Below, in pieces: positions 10,011 to 20,000 of a DNA stretch of 20,000 nucleotides; position 1 is the first letter of the stretch, and every line of letters starts with the position of its first letter. The notes under the pieces were generated by a model. That model saw only the letters and a program-made list of their open reading frames with translations. It did not search any database and was not told the origin of the DNA. The position numbers were made by a program, and so were the translations under genes. Origin of the DNA: Vicugna vicugna (Eukaryota); the NCBI GenBank assembly GCA_013265495.1, contig MU058009.1, forward strand, positions 4,715,654 to 4,735,653, in the 5' to 3' direction.

Positions 10011-12122
10011 CTCTCCCTGAGCCTCACCTGGTCACAAGAGCTGCGCCCCGGAGCCTCTTCGTTGTCTTTGGTTTTCTGTTTCCCTTTTCTTTAAAACCAG
10101 GCTCTGTGACTTCTGCTCACCCCACCTGTACAGCCTGAGAACGAAGGGCACTGTTTCTGGGGAGTGAGGGACGGTCACCGCAGCCATGGCTGTCGTCGGA
10201 GCCCCAGCCGCTCTGCTGCCTCGGTCCTCACTGCCCACCAATGGGGGACGGACTAAAATCAACCCTGATCCATGCATGGTAAACACTTCATTGAGAACTT
10301 TGACCACCTCTTTGAAAGCCAACTCACTTCTGAGCAAAAGTGATGAATGTAAAGTTCAGAGCAATGAAGGCCTTTAGCAATCCCCGCCCTGGTCCCCCTC
10401 AGAGGAGGGACACAGCTGACCCCCGGCCGCCCCAGGCACCAGTTTCCAAGGAAAAGGGTTTGGGCCTTTGTCCAAGTTCTTTCTGCCCTTATAGCTCCTT
10501 AGGGTCTGTAAGACGCAGCCTTCGCTGAGCACGGGAGATCGGCGAGAAAAGCAGGCCAGGACAGAAGTGGGGGGATTACCTGGGCCCCCACCCCCGGGCC
10601 GCGGCCCCGGTGACTGGAGCAGAAAGCCCTCCGGGGGCCCCAGCGCCGCCCAAACCGCCGAGCGCAGGGGGGCTCCCGCGACCCCACCCGCCCACTGTGC
10701 TTGCCTCCAGCCAGTGGAGTTTCCATCGTTCAGCACTCGCCGGCCGCGGACAGCACCGTAGCACCAGCCTCAGTCTAGTCCCACCCGATGACGTGTTTCT
10801 GACAAGCATGACTGGCCAGCGCTCCTGACAGGACTCACATTTCCAGCCTGATCAAGCGCCATTTACATGAAGCAGACACTGGAATTTAGATCAGGAGATC
10901 AGGCAGGGGCGACTCAGGGCTGAGCAGCATGAGGGGCAAGGGGTACCCATCGACCAGAGTCAGGGGGCATCCCTGACTCCATCACTCCTCCAACCCAGGC
11001 AGAGGGGCCAGGGGTCCCTCTTGGTGTTGGCTGGAGGGGGACTGATCAGAGTCAGCTGGCTGCTGGCCCTGCCTGTACTGACCAGCACCCCCCACCGGAG
11101 ACCCCCACAGGTGGAGCAGCCCCCCAGGCACAGGGTCCCCAGTCAGAGGGAACTAGAGGTCGGCCCCGTGCCTCTCCCAAGGTCATCCATCCAAAGGAAC
11201 AGCCCGTCCTTCACTCCCAATTCATAGTTTATTGCCCAAGAAAACATTTACACGGCCTCCTCGTCAAATATAAAAGACATCCCAAGGCAGGAGCTCTTGG
11301 AGGCTCTGCCTCTGTCCCTGTGTCCTTAAAGCCAAACGGACGCATCTGATGGGCCTGTGGCTTGAGGGGCCTCGTTTGTGAAGGAGGCAGGGGTAGCCCC
11401 AACTAAGGGGTCAGATCAGCTCTGCTCACGTGAGGGCACTTGCTGCTCTCAGGGCAGATGCCAAGTCTATTTTTCTAACTTAGATGCAGCCTGAAAGGTG
11501 GTCGCCTCCGAGGACACACACCGTTGTCAGCCCGACCCTGCAAACACACACTCACAATGCCAGCGTCACCTCCTCGTAATTTCAGCTCTGATCCCACCTC
11601 TGGGTCCCACCACCCACTGCCTGGGTCAGCCCACATCACCTCCTGTCCTTCCCACCAACAACTTCCTGTCAAAGTCTCCCAGCCTCAGATCCTGAGGGTC
11701 AAACTCTGTCCCCCGCGGCCCCACGGCATCAGGAAGCCCTGCAGGAAGCCACCCTGTGCCCATGGGAAGTGGTCAGCTACTGGACCAAGGCCGCCACAGC
11801 CCCTCGGGGGGAGCCAGCTCCCACAGCAGCCTCCTCTTCCAACTGATTCTGAGTCTCTTGCTTACGGATTTAGCCTTAACGATGCACCTCCTCTTGAACC
11901 CCGCCCCTCACGTCCCCTGTGTCATTTCCAAGGACATGCTGTTGTCTGCTCCATGGCAGGTATCCCCAGCCCCAATCCCCACTCCGTCCCCAGGAAAACT
12001 CCTTAACGTGGAAGCCAGCACCAAATTAGCAGTCTGTCCCCCCGTCCCCATGACACATGGCAGTGACCATGTTTATTCTAAGGCTTTTTCAAGAATCTAT
12101 TTCCGATACTAGGACCCAATTC

Positions 12123-12737
12123 CATGTCCTCCTAACACCTGCAGGGCCCAGGGCATGCATACCCATGGAGGGCCCCATACCACGTCTAAATACTTTAAAG
12201 TTATAAGTCAAGCCATCAAGTTGTTAATTAACATATATTCTATGTTCAGATCTCGAAAAATATTCCTTCCTAATGGCAACCAAGGCCACGTCCAGATTTA
12301 GGTTCTTGGGATTCCTCACAGCTCTGAGTTGGAACGTGGACCCACCAGGAGAGCTGTCCTGGCTCCTGGTCCTCTCTTAACCCCTGGATCTACCTCACAT
12401 TGAGAAGGACTTGTGTGCACACGTGGGGACACCAGAGGCCACACTGCCAGGCTCTGCCCACAGCCCTTGCAAATGATCACTGCTGGAGCCCAGAGGTGCA
12501 CACGTGGCTGGGGCGTCTGTCCAGGAAGGACAGCCTTGGGGAAGGGGCCAGAAACAGTGCTGGTGGAGAAGCTGTGATCTCAGGACCCAGGTTACTTTAT
12601 AAAGGGAGACCCCAAGATCCAGGTGGCTGTGTCCTTGGATCTATAGATTCGTCCTATCAAGAAGAAAGACATAACTGAAGGAGGCAGTGTTGGGGGCCCA
12701 GGACGGTGTCCCTCTTACCCAGGCCAGGGCAATGCTG
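12123..12737 (-). mobile_element. MER115-like non-autonomous hAT-Tip100 DNA transposon, near full length
   Basis: Left end cctaacacctgcagggcccagggca...ggagggccccatacca..gtctaaatactttaaagttataagtcaagc...ttgttaattaacatatattctat matches the reverse complement of the recalled MER115 3' end. Right end gggcccagga...cctcttacccagg..agggcaatgctg matches its 5' end. No clear 8-bp TSD remains. Confidence 0.78.
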
Positions 12738-13309
12738 TCTCTAATCCTAGCCCACCGCTAGCATCCAAGAAGAGCTCAGTAACTATCAGAGGAATAAACA
12801 AACGAAAGACGGAATAAATTGTTGTTTACAAGCATTGTTTAAAGCTGTACCTTGCTGGGTACCCACAGGTAGTGCAGAGCCAACCGCACCATTTAAGGAC
12901 AATGAGAATGGGTTCTGAGCTAGGAAAAGGATATGCATTTCAACGTCATCACAAACTTTACTTTTCAAGTGTAGTCGGAGAGTTAGACATCTTATTTAGT
13001 CAGCTCGGTTTTGCATCAAGGTGACACAGAATGACAAATGGAAAGAGCACAGACTGTAAGGTCAGGCTCAATCTTTGCTGGCCTCAGGTTCCCTTCTTTG
13101 CGGGAACAGTCATAATATTACGCATTGAAAACACAAGTAGAGCATCTAGCCCGGGGCGTGGCCAGTGAGTGTTGACTTCCCTCTCCCATTCTTCAGAGCC
13201 TCTGAGGACAATTTCACAGTTGCAGGATGCAGGGCTAGTTGAGTGGACACTCCAGTGTTTGTTGAACTTCAACAAACGGAACCATAAAAATGAAATGATG
13301 GGAAAATAT

Positions 13310-13960
13310 AGTTCGGTAACATAGCAGACTCAGGTAATAGAGACTTGGACAAAACCATGGAAAAGTCAGATACAATGTAATATACATTGTGACAAAAACA
13401 ATTAAATATCCACCTGACTTCAACAGGGAAAAGAATTCCCTAATCCCAGGAAAAGAACCCAAGAGGGAACTCAGCACCAGAGCACCCCAGCGAGCTGATG
13501 CTGCGGGAGGCTATTAAGTCTAGATACTGACACTGGGGCTGGAAGGTACGGTTTAAATATCCACACAGAAACGGATGTGGCCAAGGGTCCATATAAAATT
13601 GGAAGGTGGAACTCAGAGGCTTGTAAGGAGATAATACTCTCAAAGACTTATCAGTGTCATGGGGGAAAAAAAGGAATAAAAAACTCCACCTATCAAACCA
13701 GAAAAAAAAGAGTCTGTCTGCCCTGGACTTAGTGTAAAAGTAACTGAGAAATCACATCCTTGAAAAACTTACGTCACGTGTAAATGTAGTATCTGAAATC
13801 ACATGTTGCTAAAATCTCACATAAACTCTGGTCCAGGAACTTTGACACACCTGAGGCTTCATAAAACAAATGCAAAATATGTCCTCCAGGAACAGACACA
13901 ACCCAGGGTGCATGAGTGAGACTCCCATAGGAAACAGGGAACAAGGAGATTAGCAATACT
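13310..13960 (+). mobile_element. Probable 5'UTR of an ancient L1 (L1M/L1ME-like)
   Basis: ttcggtaacatagcagact...gaaaagtcagatacaatgtaa resembles old-L1 5' ends, and it lies directly upstream of and colinear with the ORF1 remnant. Weak identity. Confidence 0.45.
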
Positions 13961-14186
13961 CATTGAAACATCCAAATGGGCATGCCAGGGAAGATTACAA
14001 CCACTGAGGAAACATCCTGCCATGAATCAATGGAAGAAACAAAACGGAGTGCTAGAACACCAAAACCAGAGGCAAAAGACAACACAGTTATTATGTTTAA
14101 CATAATTAAGGCAACAAAGGAAGAAATAGAAAGAACGGCAGGCTATTTTAAAAAGAATATAGACAGCATTGTTTAAAAAAATCTAG
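13960..14186 (+). mobile_element. Ancient L1 ORF1 remnant, part 1
   Basis: A-rich; residual frame ...VIMFNIIKATKEEIE... resembles the L1 ORF1p N-terminal/coiled-coil region, and similarity continues after the MIR. Confidence 0.6.
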
Positions 14187-14413
14187 TTCAGTGTTCACCA
14201 AATGCTAGACTCTGTGGTAAGCATTTCATCTAATTCTTTTAATATTTACAGCAATCCTCTGAAATAGATCACTATTCCTATTCCTTTTTTTTCCTTAATG
14301 AAGAGACTGAAACAGAGAGATTAAATATTACTCAAGATTTTACAGCTCTTAAGTAACACAGTCAGAATTTGAACCCAGGCTGTCTTGCTACAGACAGTGT
14401 TCCTTTAATCCTT
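14187..14413 (-). mobile_element. MIR SINE inserted in the old L1 ORF1
   Basis: Antisense MIR hallmarks in the expected order: ctgtggtaagcattt, acagcaatcctctgaaatag, atgaagagactgaaacagagagattaa (core), gaatttgaacccaggctgtct. Confidence 0.85.
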
Positions 14414-14572
14414 GCTGGCTGAATTTCAGAAATAAAAAGGAGAGTCATTAAAATGAAAACTCAATAGCTAAGCAGAAGATTAGATACAGTTGAAGAGAAC
14501 AGTACAGAAATGGAAAACACACTTGAGGAATTGATCCAGACTGCATATTGGAAGATGCAGACATAGAAAATA
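14414..14572 (+). mobile_element. Ancient L1 ORF1 remnant, part 2 (coiled-coil region)
   Basis: aaaatgaaaactcaatag...agattagatacagttgaagagaa...gaggaattgatccaga matches typical L1M ORF1 nucleotide motifs (RLDTAEERI-type heptads). Confidence 0.75.
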
Positions 14573-15099
14573 CAGCCTAAATGTCCATCAACAGATGACT
14601 GGATAAAGAAAAGGTGGTATATTTATACAATGGAATACTACTCTGCCATAAAAATGACAACATAATGCCATTTGCAGCAACATGGATGTTCCTGGAGAAT
14701 GTCATTCTAAGTGAAGTAAGCCAGAAAGAGAAAGAAAAATACCATATGAGATCGTTCAAAAGTGGAATCTAAGGAAAATAAAAGAACATAAATACAAAAC
14801 AGAAACAGACTCACAGTCATTGACTTCAAACTTGTGGTTGCCAAGGGGGAGAGGGGTGGGAAGGGACAGACTGGGAGTTTGAAATTTGTAGATACTGACA
14901 GGCATATGCAGAATAGATAAACAAGATTATACTGTATAGCACAGGGAAATGTATACGAGATCTTGTGGTAGTTCACAGCGAAAAAAATGTGACAACGAAT
15001 ATATGTATGTTCATGTATAACTGAAAAATTGTGCTCTACACTGAAAATTGACACAACATTGTAAAAAGACTGTAACTCAGTAAAAAACGTTAAAAAAAG
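14573..15099 (+). mobile_element. Young 5'-truncated LINE-1 (ORF2 C-terminus, 3'UTR and A-rich tail), camelid-like
   Basis: Translates to QPKCPSTDDWIKKRWYIYTMEYYSAIK, then after a 1-nt frameshift DNIMPFAATWMFLENVILSEVSQKEKEKYHMRSFKSGI* (TAA 14770-14772), the canonical L1 ORF2p C-terminus. Flanked by the direct repeat GAAAATA (14566-14572 and 15100-15106). Confidence 0.95.
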
Positions 15100-15106
15100 G
15101 AAAATA

Positions 15107-15502
15107 TAAATAAAGAACAATGGATAAGAAAGAAAGAAATAATAAAATGAGAAGGTCAAACATACTACTCCTGGGAATTTCTGAAGGAATGCTTGAGGTC
15201 TCAGACTCATGAAGGATATTCCAAGTAGGAAAAAAAAATAGAAATCTTGACATGGATATATCATAATGAAAGTACATTACACCAAAGACACAATATTTAC
15301 CTTAAAAGCAACACAAGAGAAAAAACATGGAATATCTTAAAAAGAACAGACATTAGATTGATAAGAGCAGATTTCTTATTGGCAGAAACTGAAGGCAGAA
15401 AGCCATCAATAATATGGCCAACATAGTAAGACAATTTAAAAACAAAGCAAAATCGTCAACCTAGAATTTTACACTCAGTAAGCTACATACACGAGAGAAG
15501 CC
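15107..15502 (+). mobile_element. Ancient L1 ORF1 remnant, part 3 (RRM/CTD region)
   Basis: atgagaaggtcaaacata...gggaatttctgaagga (RRSNI..G.PE motif), attagattga...gcagatttctt (IRL..DF), caacctagaattttacac (QPRIL.P). Confidence 0.8.
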
Positions 15503-16997
15503 TGAATAATGTTCCCATTATCCAGGCAACGAATAGATCTGTGAAATTGAAAGGTTATTCTGAAAGTCATATGGGATTACAAGAGACACAGGCAATATTA
15601 AAAAAGAATAAACTAGGACGACTCACATTCACCGACTTCAGAACTTACTACAGAACGGCGATAACCGAGAGAGTACGGTACTGGCACAGGATAGATACAT
15701 AGATAAGCAGAAGTCAGGGTACAGAAATAAACCCCTATTGCCATAGTCAGCCGACCTTCGACAAGGGTGCCAAGACCATCACGTGGGGAGAGGGCGGTCT
15801 TTTCAACGAAGTATGCTGGAGAAAGTGGATAGCTGCATGCGAAAGAATGAAGTTGAACTCCTGCCTCGTACTGTATACAGAAATGAACTCAAAATTGATC
15901 ATAGATTTAAACGTAAGAGATAAAACTGTAAAACTCTTAGAATATCAGGGTATATTTTCATGACCCTGAATGTGGAAAATAACCTTTAAATGTGATACCA
16001 GAAGTACAAACTAAAGAAAAAAATAGCTTAATTGAAATTCATCAAATTTAAAATTCTTGTGTTTCGAAGGACACCACCAAGAAAGTGAAAAAAATCAACT
16101 CCAGAATGAGAGAAAATATTTGCAAAGCATACATCTAGTAACAAGCTTGTATCTGAAATACACAAAGAACACTTATAACTCAACAATAAAAAAACAACAC
16201 AAATTTAAAAATGGACGTAGGATTTTAATAGGCACAAAGGAGATATACCATTGGTCAAGAGCACTAGGAAGGTTGCTAAACATTAATCAACAGGGAAATG
16301 CAAGTTGAAACCACAGTGAGATGCCACTTCACAGTCACTAAAAATGGCTATAATCAAGAGAGAATGACAAGTGCTGGAGAGCACGTGAGGAACCTGAAGC
16401 CCACAGCACTGCTGGTAGAAGTGGAAACTGGCTCAACTGCTTTAGAAAGCGTTCCAGCAGTCCTGTAAAAAGTTAAACATAAAGGTACCATGTGACCCCA
16501 AAGCTCCACTCCGAGGTGTAAGTCCAAGAGAAATGGAAACATATGTTCACACAATACGGGTGGAAACAACCCAGAAGTCTATCAACTGACGGATGGAGCA
16601 ACAAAATTTTAAATCCATACAGTGAAATATTATTCAGCTACAAAATGGGATAAAGTACCGACAAAGAAGCTAGTCACAAAAGACTACATTTTACATGATA
16701 TAGAATATATAATATAGAATCACATTATATTGATTCCAATCATAGTCAAATCCAGAGCTGGGAAATCTGTAAAGACGGAATACAGATGAGTGGTTGTTCA
16801 GGGTTGTGGGCGGCAGTGATGGTGAGATTCAAGAATGAGGGGTATAGAGTTCCTTTAAAGGTTAGGTTCTAAAGTGGACTGTGGTAACGATTGCACATAT
16901 CTGTGCATAGGCCAAGAAAAGACTGAATCATACATTCTAAGTGAATGAATTATATGATACATGCACTATATCAGAAAAAAAAGCTGTTTAAAAAAGA
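15503..16997 (+). mobile_element. 5'-truncated L1MB-like LINE-1 (ORF2 3' part and 3'UTR)
   Basis: Decayed ORF2 peptides LTFTDFRTYYRTAITERVRYWH (~15621) and FDKGAKTITWGEGGLFNEVCWRKW (~15757). L1MB-type 3'UTR gttctaaagtggactgtggtaacgattgcacatatctgtg...aaagctgtttaaaaaa. Confidence 0.88.
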
Positions 16998-17260
16998 AAA
17001 ATAAATACATTTGTTAAGTTTTAGACCATCACTGAACGTTATACTTCAAAACAAATGGAAATTGAACACAGCATGAAAGATAGAATGTAGGCAGTGGTGA
17101 TCCAAGAAGAACTCTGCAGCCATACCAGGATCCATAAAGAAGGACCGACCAGGAAAAAAAATGGTAAGAACTGAAATGTTCTCTGGTCCATTATATGGCT
17201 CAGCAAAATAATGGAGACATCAATTAACTTTAAAATTTCAGCCAAAGATTCATATTATTA
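16998..17260 (+). mobile_element. Ancient L1: end of ORF1 and inter-ORF region
   Basis: aaaataaatacattt...agaccatcactga...tacttcaa continues ORF1 (KIKTF...RPSL) from the gaagcc at 15497-15502. Confidence 0.6.
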
Positions 17261-17304
17261 TTTACTATAGTACAATTTTATATACATATAAATTACAAAT
17301 ATAT

Positions 17305-17420
17305 ATATTTAACTTGTAGCCTAGAATGTAGTTAATGTTTAAAAATGTGTTAGATATGTTTGAAAAGAATATATATTCTCTAAATTTTGGGCAAAAGATC
17401 TTAAATATGTTCACTAGAAA
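17305..17420 (-). mobile_element. Short inverted L1 ORF2 endonuclease-region fragment
   Basis: tttgaaaagaatatatattctct...ttttgggcaaaagatcttaaatatgttcactag is the antisense of the L1 EN EYTFFS region. Confidence 0.6.
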
Positions 17421-17639
17421 AGGATTTTACATACACATAAACACATCCAGCAGTAAGCTTTTACAAGAGATGTATATATACAAAGGGATACTAAGGTGTT
17501 TTTTGTTTGTTTTTTTTTAAGCTTGGAAAGAGTCAAATAAGTTTTAAAAAGTAATCTGTACAGAAACGTTACTCTAAATAAAATAAAGAAAGTAGCTAAA
17601 ACAACTAACATGTCTGGGTCTTGACAATGTGTCAAACGC

Positions 17640-18807
17640 CCCTCTTAGCCCAGTTACTCATTAACTCAAGGCAACCATATGAGGTACATTCTAGAAGAAC
17701 TGTAGGATGAAATTGAAACTGTTCAAAATTGCAGTGTAAGTTTTTAGAACATCTCTGCCAGAAACCATTACAGGCAGACAAAATACAATAAACGTTTGAC
17801 CAAACAAACTCATCTTAAACCCTGCACCCTGAATTGTGAAACTGCTTACTTTCTTCATGCACATCTGACATGTTTAAAAAGACTGACCACATCCTAGGAC
17901 GTAAGCTTAATCTCAAAAAACCACCACAGAATCACTATCCTGCAGACCATGTAAACAAAATGAAATAAAACTGTTAACAAATAAGTAAAAATTGGTGAGA
18001 AAAATAAGGCACAAGCTTATGTTTAAATACTAGAAAATTTTAAATAATCTGTGCCTCAAAATAACTATAATAAAAAGTATAAAATGCATAGGCTTAAATG
18101 ACAATAGAAATTGTACATATAAAACTACTTGAATACTGTCTAAAAGGGAATGGATAGCCTTAAACGTATGCATTAGAAAAGAAGGACAAAATTAATAATA
18201 AATGTTTAATTCAAGAAATTAGGGAAAAAACAGTAGAGTAAATCTGAAGAAAGCAGAAGGAAGGAAATTAAGGTAAAAACATTATTTATGTATATGTTAT
18301 TCATATTATAAATGTACTTATATTTGTAATGTAATTTATTTACAGAAGTACTATATAATTATTACTTATGTAACAAAAACTAGTAAACTAGAGGATCAAT
18401 AAAACTATTTACTTGACAGCAATAAAAAGGAAATGACTTTTACAACATTGATCAAGACAAAACATAAAGTGAAGGTAAGCAAATTAGTACTGAAAGACTG
18501 TCTACAGCAGAAATCCAATATTGATTTTTTTAATCATAAGAAGACACTGTGTTTGTCTTGATGATATGATGCAAAACATATAAAATAAGCGAATTTTATT
18601 CAAATGTGAAATGATCAATATTGACTCAAGAAAAAACTTAAAACCTGATTAGCCTTATCAGCAGCAAAACATCGAATAAAAAGACACATCATTTTCACAA
18701 CAAAACACCAGATGACTCTCCTAGTGGGCTTCAGGGACTCTTCAAACAGCAATAACATCCACGTAATGCAAGCGCCTCCAGACGGTGACAGAAGAGCACA
18801 CACACTG
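17640..18807 (+). mobile_element. Ancient L1 ORF2 remnant (endonuclease to pre-RT)
   Basis: ccctgcaccc...tactttcttcatgcacat...gactgaccacatcctagga (YTFFS.AH...IDHILG), cattagaaaagaag, gaggatcaataaaact, attgatcaaga, aaaattgactcaagaa-like motif. Confidence 0.8.
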
Positions 18808-19268
18808 TGTGGGAGGTGGGGGCCAGCCTCCAGGATGCCCGCATACCCCTCACCCGCTGGTGGAAGGCCCCTCCCACGTGAGTCATGGCTGGTCTGTGGC
18901 CAATGGACAAGTGTGGAAGTGTCACTACGAGACTTCTAAGAGCAGCCAGAAAACACATGGAGTTCCTGTCTTGGATTGTAAGCTCTGTCATGAAGACACA
19001 CAAGCAATCCTGAGGGGAGGCCACCTGCGGAGGGGTGAAGCTTCCTGCCTAGGGCAGCCCTCCAGCCCCACTCACACCTTCAGATGACTGCAGCCCCAAG
19101 CCACATCCTAACTCCAACCTTGGGAGAGGCTCAGGCCAGAACTGCCCAGCCGAGCTCCTCCCCAATTTCTGACTTACAGAAATTAGGAGAGATTTTTAAA
19201 TGTTTATGTCCAATCTTAAAGCACGTGGCTTTGATGAGTAACACACTCAGCAATGGACAACTGATTAA
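18808..19268 (+). mobile_element. MaLR solo LTR, MLT1F-like (ERVL-MaLR)
   Basis: 5' tgtgg...cagcctccaggatg...cccctccc; 3' ccttcagatgactgcagcccc...gagaggctcaggccagaactgcccagccgagc...ttctgacttacagaaa...aaatgttt...cagcaatggacaactgat, the typical MLT1 3' block. Confidence 0.85.
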
Positions 19269-20000
19269 TTAGTATGTACCTGATATGTGAACTCAGAAAG
19301 GACAATAGAGAAAAAGAGATCATACTGGCCAGTCTTACAAACAGAAATGAAAGAATCCCAAGTAGAGCATCAGTGTATCAAAGCCCACAAAATATACGTA
19401 TGCGTGTGCATGTAAAAGCAAGGTAGGTCGTAAATAAAAGGGAATTTATTTTAGGATTGCAAAGGTAATTAAACAGTAGAAATTTTTTTATATATTTCAC
19501 TATTTCAGAGAGTTACGGAAGAAAAAACATAAAAAATTCCAACTGACACAGAAAGAATTCAATAAAAATAAATTCCAACTATTGATTAAAGATAAAAATA
19601 CACTTAAGCCATTTAGAAACGCAAAGAGTCATCCTTAAATAACCCTCCACCATCAAGAAAAGCATCTCTATCGAGAATCTACAGTAAATGTCCTCCTGAT
19701 AGTGAAACATTAAAAGTAAGCATTTCCTCAAAGTGAAGGTACAAGGAGACCATGAGAGCCACCACTTCGGTCATTCAGCACTTCACTAAGAATAAAGCCT
19801 GTACAGTAAAAACACCACAGCAAATGGGAGCAGAAGAAAATTTTACATAAAATTTCATTAATTATAGTCATATGGATAAGAACACATAAATTCTCAGAGA
19901 ACATATGAGACAGTCAATTTTACAGGTCAACTTGGCCACACGAACCAGGTATTTAGTCAAATGATATTCCAGATACCTTCATAAAGTAAAGTTTTGGAAA
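19269..20000 (+). mobile_element. Ancient L1 ORF2 remnant (reverse transcriptase region), probably running off the window
   Basis: acctgata...aaaggacaa...ggccagtct (TLIPKP.KD...YRPISL), gggaatttattttaggattgcaaagg (GFIPGMQG), gacacagaaagaattcaataaaa (DAEKAFDK), gtacaaggagac (GTRQG). Confidence 0.8.

Noticed and set aside
10957..10979. 9-bp inverted repeat GAGTCAGGG-N5-CCCTGACTC
   Set aside because: A stem of this length is plausible by chance in 20 kb of GC-rich DNA; no U-tract, and bacterial terminators are irrelevant here.
14577..15277. Hydrophobic minus-strand ORFs resembling membrane proteins
   Set aside because: Antisense translations of A-rich L1 ORF2/3'UTR sequence, a well-known false-positive class.

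Overview
This is mammalian (placental) genomic DNA, not prokaryotic. The youngest LINE-1 3' end resembles camelid L1, but that is recalled similarity and was not searched. No protein-coding gene, RNA gene or CRISPR array can be supported; the supplied ORFs come from GC-rich sequence, a TG/CA minisatellite or decayed transposons. The left part (~1-13.2 kb) is GC/CpG-rich, mostly unique sequence. It holds short AT-rich islands dense in homeodomain motifs (candidate enhancers), a purine-pyrimidine minisatellite with a near-perfect 239-bp tandem duplication, an ERV1-type solo LTR (MER110/MER89-like) and a MER115-like hAT transposon. The right part (~13.3-20 kb) is one ancient, colinear L1M/L1ME-like LINE-1 (5'UTR-ORF1-ORF2) interrupted by a MIR, a young L1 3' end with a target-site duplication, an L1MB 3' end, an inverted L1 piece and an MLT1 LTR. 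I found no convincing novel biological system. The most notable observations are the nested transposon stack, an apparent AT-to-GC drift in old repeats, the minisatellite-linked duplication and the candidate enhancers. Repeat subfamily names come from remembered consensus sequences and need RepeatMasker/Dfam confirmation.
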